A stretch of DNA of 64,000 nucleotides from an uncultured Acidobacteriota bacterium (GCA_963741955.1 CAVUKB010000005.1:1024001-1088000); one strand, 5' to 3'; counted from the first letter of the stretch, positions 51,501-63,200 are shown. Program-made: numbers and translations. The notes: generated by a model from the letters alone, not told the origin.

Positions 51501-52652
51501 TCATCGTCCGTCGCTTCCGGCGAACACCGGAGGAGCGGCGCGCCGCCGCTCACCGAGCAGACGGTCCACCTCCTCTCCCACCGAGTTCGCCAGAGAGAGG
51601 AACGTGGTCATCTTTCCGCCGAAGACGTTCACCAGCCGCGGCGCCGTCTCGATGCGATATTCACGGCTGATGTCGTTCGGATCGTCCTGACGGCCGGTCA
51701 GTGGCCGTACTCCGGCGAAACTCTCCACGATCTCGTCCTCCTTCGCCATCGGAGCGAAGTACTCGTTGAACCGATCGAGCAGGTAGTGGATCTCGACCTC
51801 CGTGGCCCGTACCCCGTCGATCGGACCGCGATGCAGCTCCTCGGTGGTCCCCACGAGCGTCCTCCCTTTCCACGGAAGAACGAAGAAGACCCGCTTCTCG
51901 CCCGGAGATTCGAGAAGGAATCCTTTCTCGCTCACCCGGCGCCGAAGTACGATGTGACTCCCCCGGATCAGCGAGAGCCGGAAGTGCGAAGGGAGGGCAT
52001 TCCGCTCGAGGAATCCGTTCATCCACGGACCGGCTGCGTTCACCAGAAGGTCGAAGGTTCCGTCCCCGTCCGTCTCCCCGGAGGTGGAAAGGTGCCACGA
52101 CGATTCCAGCCGCTCGACGCCGGTCACCTCGCTCTTCTCGTGCGCGCGGAGTCCGTCCCGCACGGCGGAAGCGACCACGGTCCGGACCAGCTCACGATCG
52201 TCGACCTGCGCGTCGAGGTAACGGAATCCTCCGATCAGGCGCGCCCGGCGGATGGGCGCCGCTTCGAGGATCTGGTCGGCCGAGAGGCGGCGGTGGTTCT
52301 CGAGACGGTCCCTCCCCGCGAGGAGATCGTACAGAATGAGACCGGTCTGGATCATCCACATGGGACGCCGGCTGTCGTGAAAGATCGGAATGTACAACTC
52401 GAGCGGGTGAACCAGCCGCGGAAGATTCTGGAGGAGAAATTTCCGGTCCCGCAGTGACTCACGGACCAGACCGAATTGGAGCTGTTCGAGATAGCGGAGT
52501 CCCCCGTGGATCATCTTCGTCGTCGCGGACGAAGTCGCGGCACCGAATTCGCCTTTTTCGAACAGGTCGACTTCGTAGCCTCGCCTCGCGAGCTCCCACG
52601 CGATACCGGCTCCGTTGATGCCGCCGCCGACGACGGCGATCTTCCATTTCAT
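51501..52652 (-). CDS. FAD-dependent glycerol-3-phosphate dehydrogenase-like oxidoreductase
   Basis: VVGGGING, TSSATTKMIHGGLRYLE, VNAAGPW, RGSHIV, FAGVRPL, GGKMTT; only 383 aa. Confidence 0.85.
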   Translation of the reverse strand: MKWKIAVVGGGINGAGIAWELARRGYEVDLFEKGEFGAATSSATTKMIHGGLRYLEQLQFGLVRESLRDRKFLLQNLPRLVHPLELYIPIFHDSRRPMWMIQTGLILYDLLAGRDRLENHRRLSADQILEAAPIRRARLIGGFRYLDAQVDDRELVRTVVASAVRDGLRAHEKSEVTGVERLESSWHLSTSGETDGDGTFDLLVNAAGPWMNGFLERNALPSHFRLSLIRGSHIVLRRRVSEKGFLLESPGEKRVFFVLPWKGRTLVGTTEELHRGPIDGVRATEVEIHYLLDRFNEYFAPMAKEDEIVESFAGVRPLTGRQDDPNDISREYRIETAPRLVNVFGGKMTTFLSLANSVGEEVDRLLGERRRAAPPVFAGSDGR

Positions 52653-52804
52653 CGGTGCTCCACTCTCCTCCGAAGCAAGATGTTCTCCAGTGCCGGTTCC
52701 GGCTCACGTCCCGGACCGATGGTCCCGGTGACGAACCGACTCCCGCTTTGACCCCCTATCGAAGGTTGGGACTCTTCTCTCGCGACTCCTGTTACACTTT
52801 TGGG

Positions 52805-54409
52805 GTGCTGGAACCGGTTCTGAAACTCGAATCGCGCCTGAAGGAACTGCTCTATCGCTGCATGGAAGAGATTCGTGCGACGAAGGCCGCGCTCTACACC
52901 TCGGAAACGGAAAACCTGAACGAGAACCAGTACGAGCTGGTGACCCAATATGGGTTCTCTTCCGATTTCTCCCGGCGGAAACTGAATATCAACGACGTGA
53001 TCGTCGATCGGCTCCTCACCAAGCGCGGAGTTTTTTTCGTCAACGGCGTCGGAACCGAACCGCGTTTTTCGGAACTTCTCTATGGCGCAGGGACGGACCG
53101 GCTGCTGGTCGCTCCCCTACTCTCCCGGGGACGGCTGGTCGGGCTGATCGACATGCGCGACAAAGCGGGTAAACAGCCGTTTACGAATGAAGACGTCGAG
53201 ATCGCGAACCACATCACGTCTCAAATGCTCGCCCTCTTCTCGGACCACAAGCTTTATGGAATCGCTGCCATCCCTCTCTCTGCGATCGAGAGCGGTTCGG
53301 AGCGGCAGGTGGTCGTCGGCAACGGTGCAACCGCGAAGACGATCCAGACGGCCCGGCAGATCGTGGCCCGCGATCTGATCAACTACCGCGCATCCGAGAG
53401 GGTCCTCAACAACCAGCAGCTCGGGTCCGCCCGGTCGGTCCTCGGCACGACGCTCGTCATTCCCGGTGCGCTTCTGGTTGCGCTCACGGCATACGGACAT
53501 GAAGACAACCTGCAGCTCGTCGCCGCGAGCGCACGCGTTTCGGCCGACGCGATGCAGCACTTCGAGAGCCGGCTCGGGGCGTGGAGGTCGAAGCGCGGTG
53601 AGGCCGACATCGCACCGAGCACCGAGCTTTTCTATCCGCTGGGAACCGAAGGAGCGCCGATCACCGGCGCCCGGATCGTCTCCATGCTGAATGCTCCGAT
53701 GAAGGTGACCCGCACCACCGGCCTGGTCTTCAGCGTCGCGTTCGATTCCAAGCCGGACGTCCAGACGAAGCGGTATCTCGAGGCGTTTCTCCGTCAGGCC
53801 GAACAGATCGTCGAGAGCGCAGCCGCGACATCGGAGCTCGCTTCGATGCGCGAGCGGGTCGCGCTGAAGCTCGTGGAGCCCGATTTCCAGAAGTTTCCTC
53901 AGCTGGTCGAGCACGTCCACCAGGTCGCGGCACTTTCAGAGCGTCTGGCGGAACAGATGGGCCTTCCCTCGCCCATGATCGAGGCGGTGCGGATCGCGGC
54001 ACTGGTGCACGATGCGGGGATGCGTCTGATCGACGATCCCTTCACCAAGTCTGCCCTCACCGCCGACGAGCTCCGGAACATGAAAGAGCACCCGGTGGTC
54101 GGTTCCGCCCTGGTCGAGCCGGTTCTCGGAGGAGAGATTGCCGAGATCGTCCTGAGCCATCACGAGAGAGCGGACGGGACGGGATACCCGAACGGCCTCA
54201 GGGGCGACCGGATTCCGATCGGATCCCGCATCATCCAGATCTGCGACGCGTTCATTGCGATGACTTCGGCCGTCTCGTACAAGCCGCCGATCAGGGACGC
54301 TGAAGCACTCGACCGGATCCGCGCCGCCGCAGGAACGCAGTTCGATGCTCAGATCGCCAACCGCTTCCTCGCCATGATGGAACCATTCGCGCAGCCGCAG
54401 ACTCGATGA
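52805..54409 (+). CDS. GAF + HD-GYP domain protein (c-di-GMP phosphodiesterase-like)
   Basis: AALVHDAG, HPVVG, HHERADGTGYPNGL.GDRIPIGSRII, GTQFD; N-terminal GAF-like region (LLVAPL, GLIDMRDK). Confidence 0.88.
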   Translation: MLEPVLKLESRLKELLYRCMEEIRATKAALYTSETENLNENQYELVTQYGFSSDFSRRKLNINDVIVDRLLTKRGVFFVNGVGTEPRFSELLYGAGTDRLLVAPLLSRGRLVGLIDMRDKAGKQPFTNEDVEIANHITSQMLALFSDHKLYGIAAIPLSAIESGSERQVVVGNGATAKTIQTARQIVARDLINYRASERVLNNQQLGSARSVLGTTLVIPGALLVALTAYGHEDNLQLVAASARVSADAMQHFESRLGAWRSKRGEADIAPSTELFYPLGTEGAPITGARIVSMLNAPMKVTRTTGLVFSVAFDSKPDVQTKRYLEAFLRQAEQIVESAAATSELASMRERVALKLVEPDFQKFPQLVEHVHQVAALSERLAEQMGLPSPMIEAVRIAALVHDAGMRLIDDPFTKSALTADELRNMKEHPVVGSALVEPVLGGEIAEIVLSHHERADGTGYPNGLRGDRIPIGSRIIQICDAFIAMTSAVSYKPPIRDAEALDRIRAAAGTQFDAQIANRFLAMMEPFAQPQTR

Positions 54410-55623
54410 GCTCCGCCGCTGCGGGGTCACTCCGCCATTCCGTCCGCTCCCTTCCGCGGGGCGTCTGGTTCCTCTTCCTCGGCACGTTCGTCAACCGCTT
54501 CGGCACGTTCGTCGTCCCGTTCCTGGTCCTCTATCTGACGCACATGGGGTTCTCGATCGCCCGGGCGGGAGCGGCAGCGGGGGCATACGGGATCGGACAC
54601 ATCGCGGCATCGATCCTCGGCGGATTCCTCGCGGATCACTTCGGACGCCGCAACACCATCGCTCTCTCGATGTTCTCCACCGCGATCGCCCTGATGCTGC
54701 TGTACCAGGCGCGGGGATTCGGCTGGATCGTCGCCTTCGCTGCACTCTCGGGCCTCGCGGCGGAAATGTACAGGCCGGCCGCACAGGCCCTCATCGCGGA
54801 TCTCGTACCGGAGCAGCAGCGCCTTACCGCGTATTCGATCTATCGCCTCGCCGCGAACGCAGGATTCGCGTTCGGACCAGCACTCGCCGGTTTTCTCGCC
54901 CATCGTTCCTACTTCTATCTGTTCGCCGGTGACGCAGCGACGGCAGCCGGCTACGGAATCATCGCCCTGAGTCTTCTTCCTCGAGCCTCGACGTCTACGC
55001 GATCGAGAACCGTCGGCGCGTGGAAGGGCTACGGGATCGCCATGCGGGACCGGCGGCTCCTGTTCATTCTTCTCGCGAGCCTCGCGATCACGTTCGTCAT
55101 CTTTCAGTTCGGCTCGACCGTACCACTGCACGTTCGCGATGCGGGGATGACGGAAACCGCATACGGATTGTTCCTCTCTCTGAACGGAGTGCTGATCGTC
55201 TTCTTCGAGCTTCCGCTGACCGCCGTTACGCGAAGATACCCTCCCCGGCGCGTGATCGCTCTCGGAATTCTCCTGCTCGGCATCGGCTTCGGAGGCATCG
55301 GTCTCGCGAGGACACCCGCGGCAATGGTGGCGGTCGTCTGTCTCTGGACGCTCGGCGAGATCACGGCACTCCCACTGCTCGCGGCGTTCGTCGCGAACCT
55401 GGCTCCGGAGGAATTCCGCGGACGTTACATGGGGCTGTGGGGGCTGAGCTTTTCCATCGGCATCGCCGCAGGACCGTGGGTGGGATCGCTTCTCTACGCA
55501 TGGCACCCGTTCGTTCTGTGGCTCCTCTGTCCGATTCTCGGATTCACTTCAGCGGTCCTGGTCTCGTTCGAGCCGCGCAGCACCGAGAGAGCGGCGCAGG
55601 GATCCGGGGCTGTGACGCCGTAG
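54406..55623 (+). CDS. MFS transporter
   Basis: GGFLADHFGRR motif A, about 12 TM helices, RGRYMG. Confidence 0.93.
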   Translation: MSSAAAGSLRHSVRSLPRGVWFLFLGTFVNRFGTFVVPFLVLYLTHMGFSIARAGAAAGAYGIGHIAASILGGFLADHFGRRNTIALSMFSTAIALMLLYQARGFGWIVAFAALSGLAAEMYRPAAQALIADLVPEQQRLTAYSIYRLAANAGFAFGPALAGFLAHRSYFYLFAGDAATAAGYGIIALSLLPRASTSTRSRTVGAWKGYGIAMRDRRLLFILLASLAITFVIFQFGSTVPLHVRDAGMTETAYGLFLSLNGVLIVFFELPLTAVTRRYPPRRVIALGILLLGIGFGGIGLARTPAAMVAVVCLWTLGEITALPLLAAFVANLAPEEFRGRYMGLWGLSFSIGIAAGPWVGSLLYAWHPFVLWLLCPILGFTSAVLVSFEPRSTERAAQGSGAVTP

Positions 55624-55688
55624 GCTCCAGGCAATCGAGAGATGAACGACATGGGAGCCGGCGCGACGAAAGGCCGGCGGGCCCGGCG

Positions 55689-57560
55689 TCAGTCAGCGAG
55701 CGTGAGATGGAACACCGAGGAGTCGACCTCCACCATCGCGCGCCACTGCTCCGCGATCGCAATCGAGATCCGGTCACCGTAGCGCGACAGGCGCCGCAGC
55801 AGCTTCTGCAGCGACGGCAGCTGCTCGCGCCGGAGGTCTTCGATGTTGAGAGTCACGGTCGAACCACTCCGTCGCAGAATGCGCCGGAGCTGTCGACCGG
55901 TCCGGCGGAAACCCTTCCGATCGACTCCCGTACCGAGCGAGATCGAAAAATGCGGCATCGCCGCCCGCGCATTTTCGAGCTTCAGCTTCAGGGCTCCCGT
56001 ATCGACATACTGTGCGAGACGCTTCTGCAGCCTCGCCAATCCCTGCGACGCCACCCGCTGGTCGCCCTCGACATGCGGCCGGAAATTCCTCACCACGTAA
56101 TCGCGCATGGCGAGTCCGGTGATCCACTCCGAGATCACCATCGGCACCTGCCGAGGGGTCGCCGGAGCGAGAGTCCGGAGGAAGTGGATGATTCTGCCAG
56201 GTCCCCCTCGTCCCAACCCTCTCGTCGCGAACCGCCACGCGATGGCGGCCTGCTTCGCCATCCCTTCCCTGCTGGAATAGAGGGGGCGACGAAGCACCGG
56301 TAGCTTCGCCCGGATGCGGTCCGCGATCCCGCGGTAGCTGCAGAGACGCAGATAGAGCTCGTGGTACCCGCGGACCATGGTGTCGTACGACATCCGCTTC
56401 GGGATCACGTTGGTTCCGAGTCTGGTGTTGTCCGACTCTGCCGCTCCCTCGATCAGGCGTCCCTCCGACCGCAGCCGCTCGTAGAGTGGCGTCTTCGGAA
56501 GCGCGGTGAGAAGTCCGACCATCGCGACCTGAATCCCCGATCTCATGATGAAACGGTACTGGCGCTCGAACGTCGACTCGCTGTCGTGATCGAATCCGAC
56601 GATGAAGCCGGCGAAGATCTCGATTCCATGCGCGTAGATCCGCCGGATGGACGTGAGCATGTCCTCACGCATGTTCTGCACTTTTCCCGTCTCCCGAAGG
56701 CTTTCGGCGTCGGGCGACTCGATCCCGATGAACACCCACTGAAAGTTCGCCTCGCGAAAGAGCGCGAGGAGGCCTGCGTCCCCGGCGAGGTTGAGCGACA
56801 CCTCGGTTCCGAAGCGGAACGGCATTCGATGCTCTCTCTGGTACTCGCCGAGGAACCTCACCAGCTCGCGCGCCGTGCGGCGGTCGCCGATGAAGTTGTC
56901 GTCGACGAAGAAGAGATTCTTCGCTCCGAGCGCGCGGAGTGTGTCGAGCTCACGAGCGACCTGTTCGAGCGACTTCGTACGCGGCTTGCGGCCGAACATC
57001 ACGATGATGTCGCAGAACTCGCAGGTGAATGGACAGCCGCGGGAGAACTGGAGCGTCGCGTTCGTGTAGCGGTCGAGCTTCAGAAGGTCGAAGCGGGGAA
57101 CCGGCGAGTCGGCGAGATCGACGGTACCGGTCTCCCTGTACAGCTTGCGGGGTGCACGCAGCGCGAAGTCGGCGCAGAACTCACCCCAGATGTACTCCGC
57201 TTCTCCCGCGATGACTGCATCGGCGAGAGCGTCGAACTTCTCGGGACAGAGCGAGGCGTAGCTCCCTCCCGCGACGACGAAGTATCCCTTCTCGCGATAG
57301 AAGGAGAGAAGCTCGCGCTGCCGCGGGAACTGCACGCCCATGCCGCAGATGCCGATCAGATCGGCGTCCGGCGCGAGCGGAACGGATTCGATGTTCTCGT
57401 CGACGATCTCGATCGTCCAGCCGGCTGGCGAGAGTGCCGCGAGCGTGGCGAGACCCAGGGGAGGATTGATCGAACGCTTCGACGGGAGGACCGTGTCGAC
57501 TGCCCACTTGAAACTCCAGAAGCTCTCGGGAAAACGGGGATTGATCAGCAGCAGTTTCAT
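55689..57560 (-). CDS. B12-binding domain radical SAM protein (DUF4070-type)
   Basis: PPLGLATLAAL, GGSYAS, SRGCPFTCEFC, FVDDNFIG, FIGIES, FIVGFD. Confidence 0.92.
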   Translation of the reverse strand: MKLLLINPRFPESFWSFKWAVDTVLPSKRSINPPLGLATLAALSPAGWTIEIVDENIESVPLAPDADLIGICGMGVQFPRQRELLSFYREKGYFVVAGGSYASLCPEKFDALADAVIAGEAEYIWGEFCADFALRAPRKLYRETGTVDLADSPVPRFDLLKLDRYTNATLQFSRGCPFTCEFCDIIVMFGRKPRTKSLEQVARELDTLRALGAKNLFFVDDNFIGDRRTARELVRFLGEYQREHRMPFRFGTEVSLNLAGDAGLLALFREANFQWVFIGIESPDAESLRETGKVQNMREDMLTSIRRIYAHGIEIFAGFIVGFDHDSESTFERQYRFIMRSGIQVAMVGLLTALPKTPLYERLRSEGRLIEGAAESDNTRLGTNVIPKRMSYDTMVRGYHELYLRLCSYRGIADRIRAKLPVLRRPLYSSREGMAKQAAIAWRFATRGLGRGGPGRIIHFLRTLAPATPRQVPMVISEWITGLAMRDYVVRNFRPHVEGDQRVASQGLARLQKRLAQYVDTGALKLKLENARAAMPHFSISLGTGVDRKGFRRTGRQLRRILRRSGSTVTLNIEDLRREQLPSLQKLLRRLSRYGDRISIAIAEQWRAMVEVDSSVFHLTLAD

Positions 57561-57703
57561 GGCCCGGCCCTCCGGCGGTAAACATTCAGCATACTCCTCT
57601 CCCGGCGTGAGGGTCTGTGACGGGTCGAGGCTCCGACCTCCCACCGGCGATTCGCGATACACTCCTCGGCCGGCGCACCCCTCGAAAGGAAGGAGATTCC
57701 CGT

Positions 57704-59809
57704 ATGCGACCCCTCTCTCGTCTCGCACCTCTCGCAGTGATCGCCCTCTTCCTCTTCCTCCCTCTTCCTCTCTTCGCAGCCGAAGGGGCGGCGGCAGGGC
57801 ATTGGGAGGGTGCGATCGACATCCCCGGTTCGCCGCTCGACGTTTCGGTCGACCTCTCGCAGATGAATGGCGCGTGGAGCGGGGCGATCTCGATCCCCCT
57901 GCAGAATGCGAAAGACCTCCCGCTCACGAAGATCTCCGTAACCGGTTCGAGCGTCTGGTTCTCCATCGCCGGCATACCCGGCAACCCCACCTTCACCGGA
58001 TCGCTGAGCTCCGACAGCCAGAGAATCACCGGGAAGTTCACTCAGGGGGGTCAGACCTTTCCGTTTGCCCTGGAAAGAAAGCAGCCTCCCGCGGCTGCGG
58101 CGACCGAAGCACTCCAGGGTTTCGACGCATTCGTCCATTCGACCCTCGCGCCGTGGCAGGTTCCCGGCCTCGCGATCGCGGTGGTGAAAGACGGGAAGAT
58201 CGCGTACACCCAGGGGTTCGGTCTCCGCGACGTCGAGAACGATCTTCCGGTGACGCCCGACACCCTCTTTCCGATCGGCTCCGCCACCAAGGCATTCACG
58301 ACGTTCACCCTCGGCACGCTGGTCGACGAAGGAAAGCTCGACTGGTCGAAGCCGGTGAGGAACTACATCCCCGATTTTCAGATGTTCGATCCCGTGGCCA
58401 CCCTCGAGATGACCCCGCTCGATCTCGTCACGCATCGCTCCGGGCTCCCCCGTCACGATCTGGTCTGGTACAACAATCAGGACCTCACGCGCGCGGAGAT
58501 CGTCCACCGGTTGCGCTACCTGAAGCCGTCCGCCGAGTTTCGTCAGCGGTTCCAGTACAACAACCTGATGTTCCTGACTGCCGGCGACCTGATCGAGCGG
58601 CTCACGGGAAAGACGTGGGAGGAGGCCGTGCGCGCTCGCGTCCTGGATCCTCTCGGCATGACCCGCACGAACTTCTCCGACGCGAGCTCGCAGCAGGATC
58701 CCGACTTCGCAAAGCCGTACCGCACGGACGAGGGAAAGGTGGTCGGGATTCCGTTCCGCGAGGTCGGGAACATGGGGCCCGCCGGATCGATCGACTCGTC
58801 GGTGGACGAGATGTCGCACTGGATGATCGCCCACCTCGAGAAGGGAAAGTTCGACGGGAAGCAGGTCATCCAGCCCGCCACGCTCGACCAGATTCACACG
58901 CCTCAGATGTTCATCTCTGCGCTTCCCACCGACGCCGACGGCGCTCCCACCAGCTACGCCATGGGATGGTTCGTCTCCAGCTATCGCGGTCACCTCACGC
59001 TCGCCCACGGAGGCAACATCGACGGATTCAGCGCGCTGGTGACGCTCTATCCGTTCGACGACGTCGGCATCGTCGTGCTGACCAACGCCGAGGGAACGCC
59101 GCTCCCCGGCATCATCACGAAACATGCAGCCGATCGCCTTCTGGCCCTCCCGCACCGGGACTGGAATTCCGAAGCTCTGGTGAAGAAAGTCCAGGGAGAG
59201 AAGGTGGAGAAAGAAGCGGAGTCGAAGAAGGCCACATTCCGCAAGAACGGAACGCATCCGTCTCATCGGCTCGAGGAGTACGCCGGCGACTACGAGAATC
59301 CCGGCTATGGCGTCATTCACGTCACCCTTGCGGGTCAGACGCTCACCGCCACGTACAACGGGATCGCCACCCCTCTCGAGCATTGGCACTACGACGTTTT
59401 CAACGGGGTGAAGGCCGCCGATCCGGTATTCCGAGAGATGAAGTATCAGTTCCGATCGGACCTCGATGGCGACATCGCCTCTCTCGCGGCTCCGTTCGAG
59501 CCGTCCGTCGATCCGATCGTCTTCACGAAGAAGCCGGATGCCCGGATGTCCGACGCCGCGTACCTCGGCCAGTTCACCGGCGAGTACGTGCTCGGACCGC
59601 AAACGATCCGCGTTTCGCTGCAAGGCTCGTCGCTGATCCTCGATGTCAGTGGCCAGCCTCCCTACGAGCTGGTACCGGCCGTCGCTGGATGGTTCGACCT
59701 GAAGGGACTGACCGGTTTTCGCGCACGTTTCGAGAGCGATCCGAAGAGTGGAGAGGTCTCGCTGGTCCTCGCTCAGCCGAACGGCGTCTTCACGGCGGCG
59801 CGGAAGTAG
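57704..59809 (+). CDS. Serine hydrolase (beta-lactamase/AmpC-like fold) with DUF3471-like C-terminal domains
   Basis: Signal peptide; IGSATKAF (SxxK), FQYNN, HGGNIDGF, YAGDYENPGYG. Confidence 0.9.
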   Translation: MRPLSRLAPLAVIALFLFLPLPLFAAEGAAAGHWEGAIDIPGSPLDVSVDLSQMNGAWSGAISIPLQNAKDLPLTKISVTGSSVWFSIAGIPGNPTFTGSLSSDSQRITGKFTQGGQTFPFALERKQPPAAAATEALQGFDAFVHSTLAPWQVPGLAIAVVKDGKIAYTQGFGLRDVENDLPVTPDTLFPIGSATKAFTTFTLGTLVDEGKLDWSKPVRNYIPDFQMFDPVATLEMTPLDLVTHRSGLPRHDLVWYNNQDLTRAEIVHRLRYLKPSAEFRQRFQYNNLMFLTAGDLIERLTGKTWEEAVRARVLDPLGMTRTNFSDASSQQDPDFAKPYRTDEGKVVGIPFREVGNMGPAGSIDSSVDEMSHWMIAHLEKGKFDGKQVIQPATLDQIHTPQMFISALPTDADGAPTSYAMGWFVSSYRGHLTLAHGGNIDGFSALVTLYPFDDVGIVVLTNAEGTPLPGIITKHAADRLLALPHRDWNSEALVKKVQGEKVEKEAESKKATFRKNGTHPSHRLEEYAGDYENPGYGVIHVTLAGQTLTATYNGIATPLEHWHYDVFNGVKAADPVFREMKYQFRSDLDGDIASLAAPFEPSVDPIVFTKKPDARMSDAAYLGQFTGEYVLGPQTIRVSLQGSSLILDVSGQPPYELVPAVAGWFDLKGLTGFRARFESDPKSGEVSLVLAQPNGVFTAARK

Positions 59810-59911
59810 ATTCAGGGAGCCGCCGAGTGCGACACGCGGGAGACCAGCGCCACTCTGCCGCTCCGTCGGGTCGACTCTTTGATAGAGTCGACCGGATGCG
59901 GACTCGACACC

Positions 59912-60238
59912 AGCATCGAGGATCGAGGATCGAGGATCTGAGAGGCACCGGGAGAAGAGGATCGAGGATTCGATATCTGTATCCGGGACCTCGATCCTCG
60001 ATCCTCGATGTTTTTCCGATCCTCGATCCTCGATGCTTTCCAACCCCCGGTGCCTTTCAGATCCTCGATACCAGATCCTCGATCCTCGATGCTTTCCAAC
60101 CCCCGGTGCCTTTCAGATCCTCGATCCTCGATGTTTTTCCGATCCTCGATCCTCGATGCTTTCAGATCCTCGATCCTCGATGTTTTTCCGATCCTCGATA
60201 CTCGATGCTTCTCAGATCCTCGATGCTTCTCAGATGCT
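59912..60238. repeat. Second GATCCTC heptamer array, with an inverted left arm
   Basis: (GAGGATC)n...TGAGAGGCACC then (GATCCTC)n with higher-order blocks GATGTTTTTCC and GATGCTTTCCAACCCCCGGTGCCTTTCA. Confidence 0.92.
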
Positions 60239-60254
60239 TTCGGAGGTATAGCGC

Positions 60255-63200
60255 GTGAAACGAACACTCAGCATTGCATTCCTCGCCCTCTTCGTCACCG
60301 GCTCGCTCTTCGCCGCACCCCCGTCGAAAAGCTCCAGTGACGATGGGAAGAAGTCCGGCGCATATACGGCGGACACGTTCCAGGGACTCGAGTTCCGCAG
60401 CATCGGTCCCGCGGTCATCTCCGGGAGAATCGCCGACATCGCGGTCGACCCGAGCGACCATCACACCTGGTACGTCGGCGTCGCATCGGGCGGCGTCTGG
60501 AAGACGGTGAACTCCGGAACCACCTGGACGCCGATCTTCGACGACCAGAAGTCGTACTCCATCGGTGCGGTGACCGTCGATCCGAAGGATCCGCTGGTGG
60601 TCTGGGTCGGCACCGGCGAGAACAACAGCCAGCGCAGCGTCTCCTGGGGCGACGGCTTGTACAAATCGACCGACGGCGGCGCGAGCTGGAAGCTCTCCGG
60701 TCTCGACAAATCCGAGCACATCTCGAAGATCGTGATCGACCCGCGCGACTCGAACGTGGTGTGGGTCGCCGCACAGGGTCCGCTCTGGAACTCCGGCGGC
60801 GACCGCGGTCTGTACGAGACGGCCGACGGCGGCAAGACGTGGAAGAAGATGCTCGACGTCAGCGCCGACACGGGCGTCACGGACCTCGTATTCGATCCCC
60901 GCAACCCCGACGTGATGTATGCCGCCGCCTACCAGCGCCGGCGACACGTCTGGACGCTCATCGACGGCGGCCCGGAATCGGCGATCTACCGCTCGCGCGA
61001 CGGCGGCGCCAGCTGGGAGAAGATCGACAAAGGCCTCCCGAAGACGGATCTCGGACGGATCGGTCTCGCCATTGCTCCTTCCGATCCGGACAAGCTGTAC
61101 GCCATCGTCGAAGCAGCCGACGACAAGAGCGGCTTCTTCCGCTCCACGAACGGCGGCGCGAGCTGGGAAAAGATGAGCGATTACGTCTCCTCCAGTCCGC
61201 AGTACTACCAGGAGATCGTGGTCGATCCGCACGACGCGAACCGGATCTACTCGATGGACACGTGGCTGCACGTCTCCGAAGATGGCGGGAAGACGTTCCA
61301 GCGACTCGGCGAGACGTGGAAGCACGTCGACAACCACGCGCTCTGGATCGAGCCGTCGAACACCAGCCATCTGGTGGACGGATGCGACGGCGGCGTGTAC
61401 GAGAGCTTCGACCGCGGCAAGACGTGGGAGTTCAAGTCGAACCTCCCGCTCGCGCAGTTCTACCGCCTCTCGCTCGACAACGACGTGCCCTTCTACCACG
61501 TCTACGGCGGGACGCAGGACAACAACACCATCGGCGGCCCGACCCGCACTTCGAGCGCTAGTGGCATCGTCAACTCCGACTGGTACATCACCGTCGGCGG
61601 CGACGGCTTCCAGCCGCGTGCCGATCCCGAAGACCCGAACACCGTCTACTCCGAATATCAGTACGGAGGACTGGTTCGCTACGATCGCCGCAGCGGCGAG
61701 GCAGTCGACATCCGCCCCGTCGCCGCACCGGGCGAAGCTCCCCTCCGCTTCAACTGGGACTCGCCGCTGATCATCAGCCCGCACTCCCATACCCGGCTCT
61801 ACTTCGCCTCACAGAAGATCTTCCGCTCCGACGATCGCGGCAACTCGTGGACCGCGATCAGCCCCGACCTCACCCGCGGACTCGATCGCAACAAGCTGAA
61901 AGTGATGGGACGCGTCTGGGGCGTCGACACCGTCGCCAAGAATGCATCGACCTCGTTCTACGGAAACATCGTCTCGCTCAGCGAGTCGCCGCTGCAGGAA
62001 GGACTGATCTACGCCGGAACCGATGACGGACTGATTCAGGTCACGGCCGACGGTGGTCAGCACTGGACGAAGATCGACAACGTCCCCGGGATTCCACAGT
62101 ACGCGTACGTCGCCGATCTCGAGACCTCACAGCACGACGCGAACACCGTCTACGCCATCTTCGAGAATCACAAGATGGGGGACTTCAAACCGTACGTCCT
62201 CGAGAGTACCGATCGCGGCAGGACGTGGAAGAACATCAATGGCGATCTCCCGACGAACGGCCCTGCATGGACGATCGTGGAAGATCCCAAAGACGCGAAC
62301 CTTCTCTTCCTCGGCACCGAGTACGGCGCGTTCTTCTCGCGTGACGGCGGCGCGAAGTGGATCCAGCTGAAGGGCGGCATCCCGACCATCGCGGTGCGCG
62401 ATCTCGCCATCCAGCCGCGGGAGAACGATCTCGTCGCCGCGACGTACGGCCGCGGCTTCTACGTCCTCGACGACATCACGCCGCTCCGCACCACCTCTCC
62501 CGAGCTGCTGCAGAAGGATGCGGTCCTCTTCTCCACTACGAAGACGGCGTGGATGTTCATGCCATCCACTCCACTCGGATTGAAGGGAAAGAGCTTCCAG
62601 GGCGACTCCTACTACGCCGGCGAGAATCCTCCCTTCGGCGCGATTCTCACGTACTACCTGAAAGACTCCCTCGAGAGCCGGAAGGAAGCTCGCCAGAAGT
62701 CGGAGATGAAGCTCGAGAAGGAGAAGAAGGACGTCTACTACCCGACCTGGGAAGAGCTGCGGCTCGAAGACCGCGAACAGAAGCCCGCGATCGTTCTCAC
62801 CGTCAAAGACGAAGGGGGGAACGTCGTGCGCCGCATCACCGGGCCGGTGAGCGCAGGCTTCCATCGCGTCGCATGGGATCTCCGTTACCCGGCCGCGAAT
62901 CCGGTCGAGCCCAGCGGAGCGAAACGCGAAGAGGATCCGTTCAGCCAGGGTCCCGAAGGACCGATGGTCGCTCCGGGAACCTACACGGTGACTCTCTCGA
63001 AGCTCGCCGATGGTCAGTTCACCCCGCTCGGTGATCCGCAGACCGTGAACGCGAAACCGCTCGGCCTCGTGAAGCTGACCCCCGAGGAGACCTCTGCCTC
63101 ACTCGCATTCGAGCGCAAGGTCGCACGCCTCCAGCGAGCGGTGCTCGGCGCCGCTCGAAACGTACGGGAGACGTCGAGTCAGATCGATCTCCTCCAGAAG

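Noticed and set aside
57704-59809. Beta-lactam resistance gene
   Set aside because: SxxK/YxN motifs are shared by the broad serine hydrolase family. The multi-domain architecture and HGG motif fit peptidases/esterases, and no resistance context is present.
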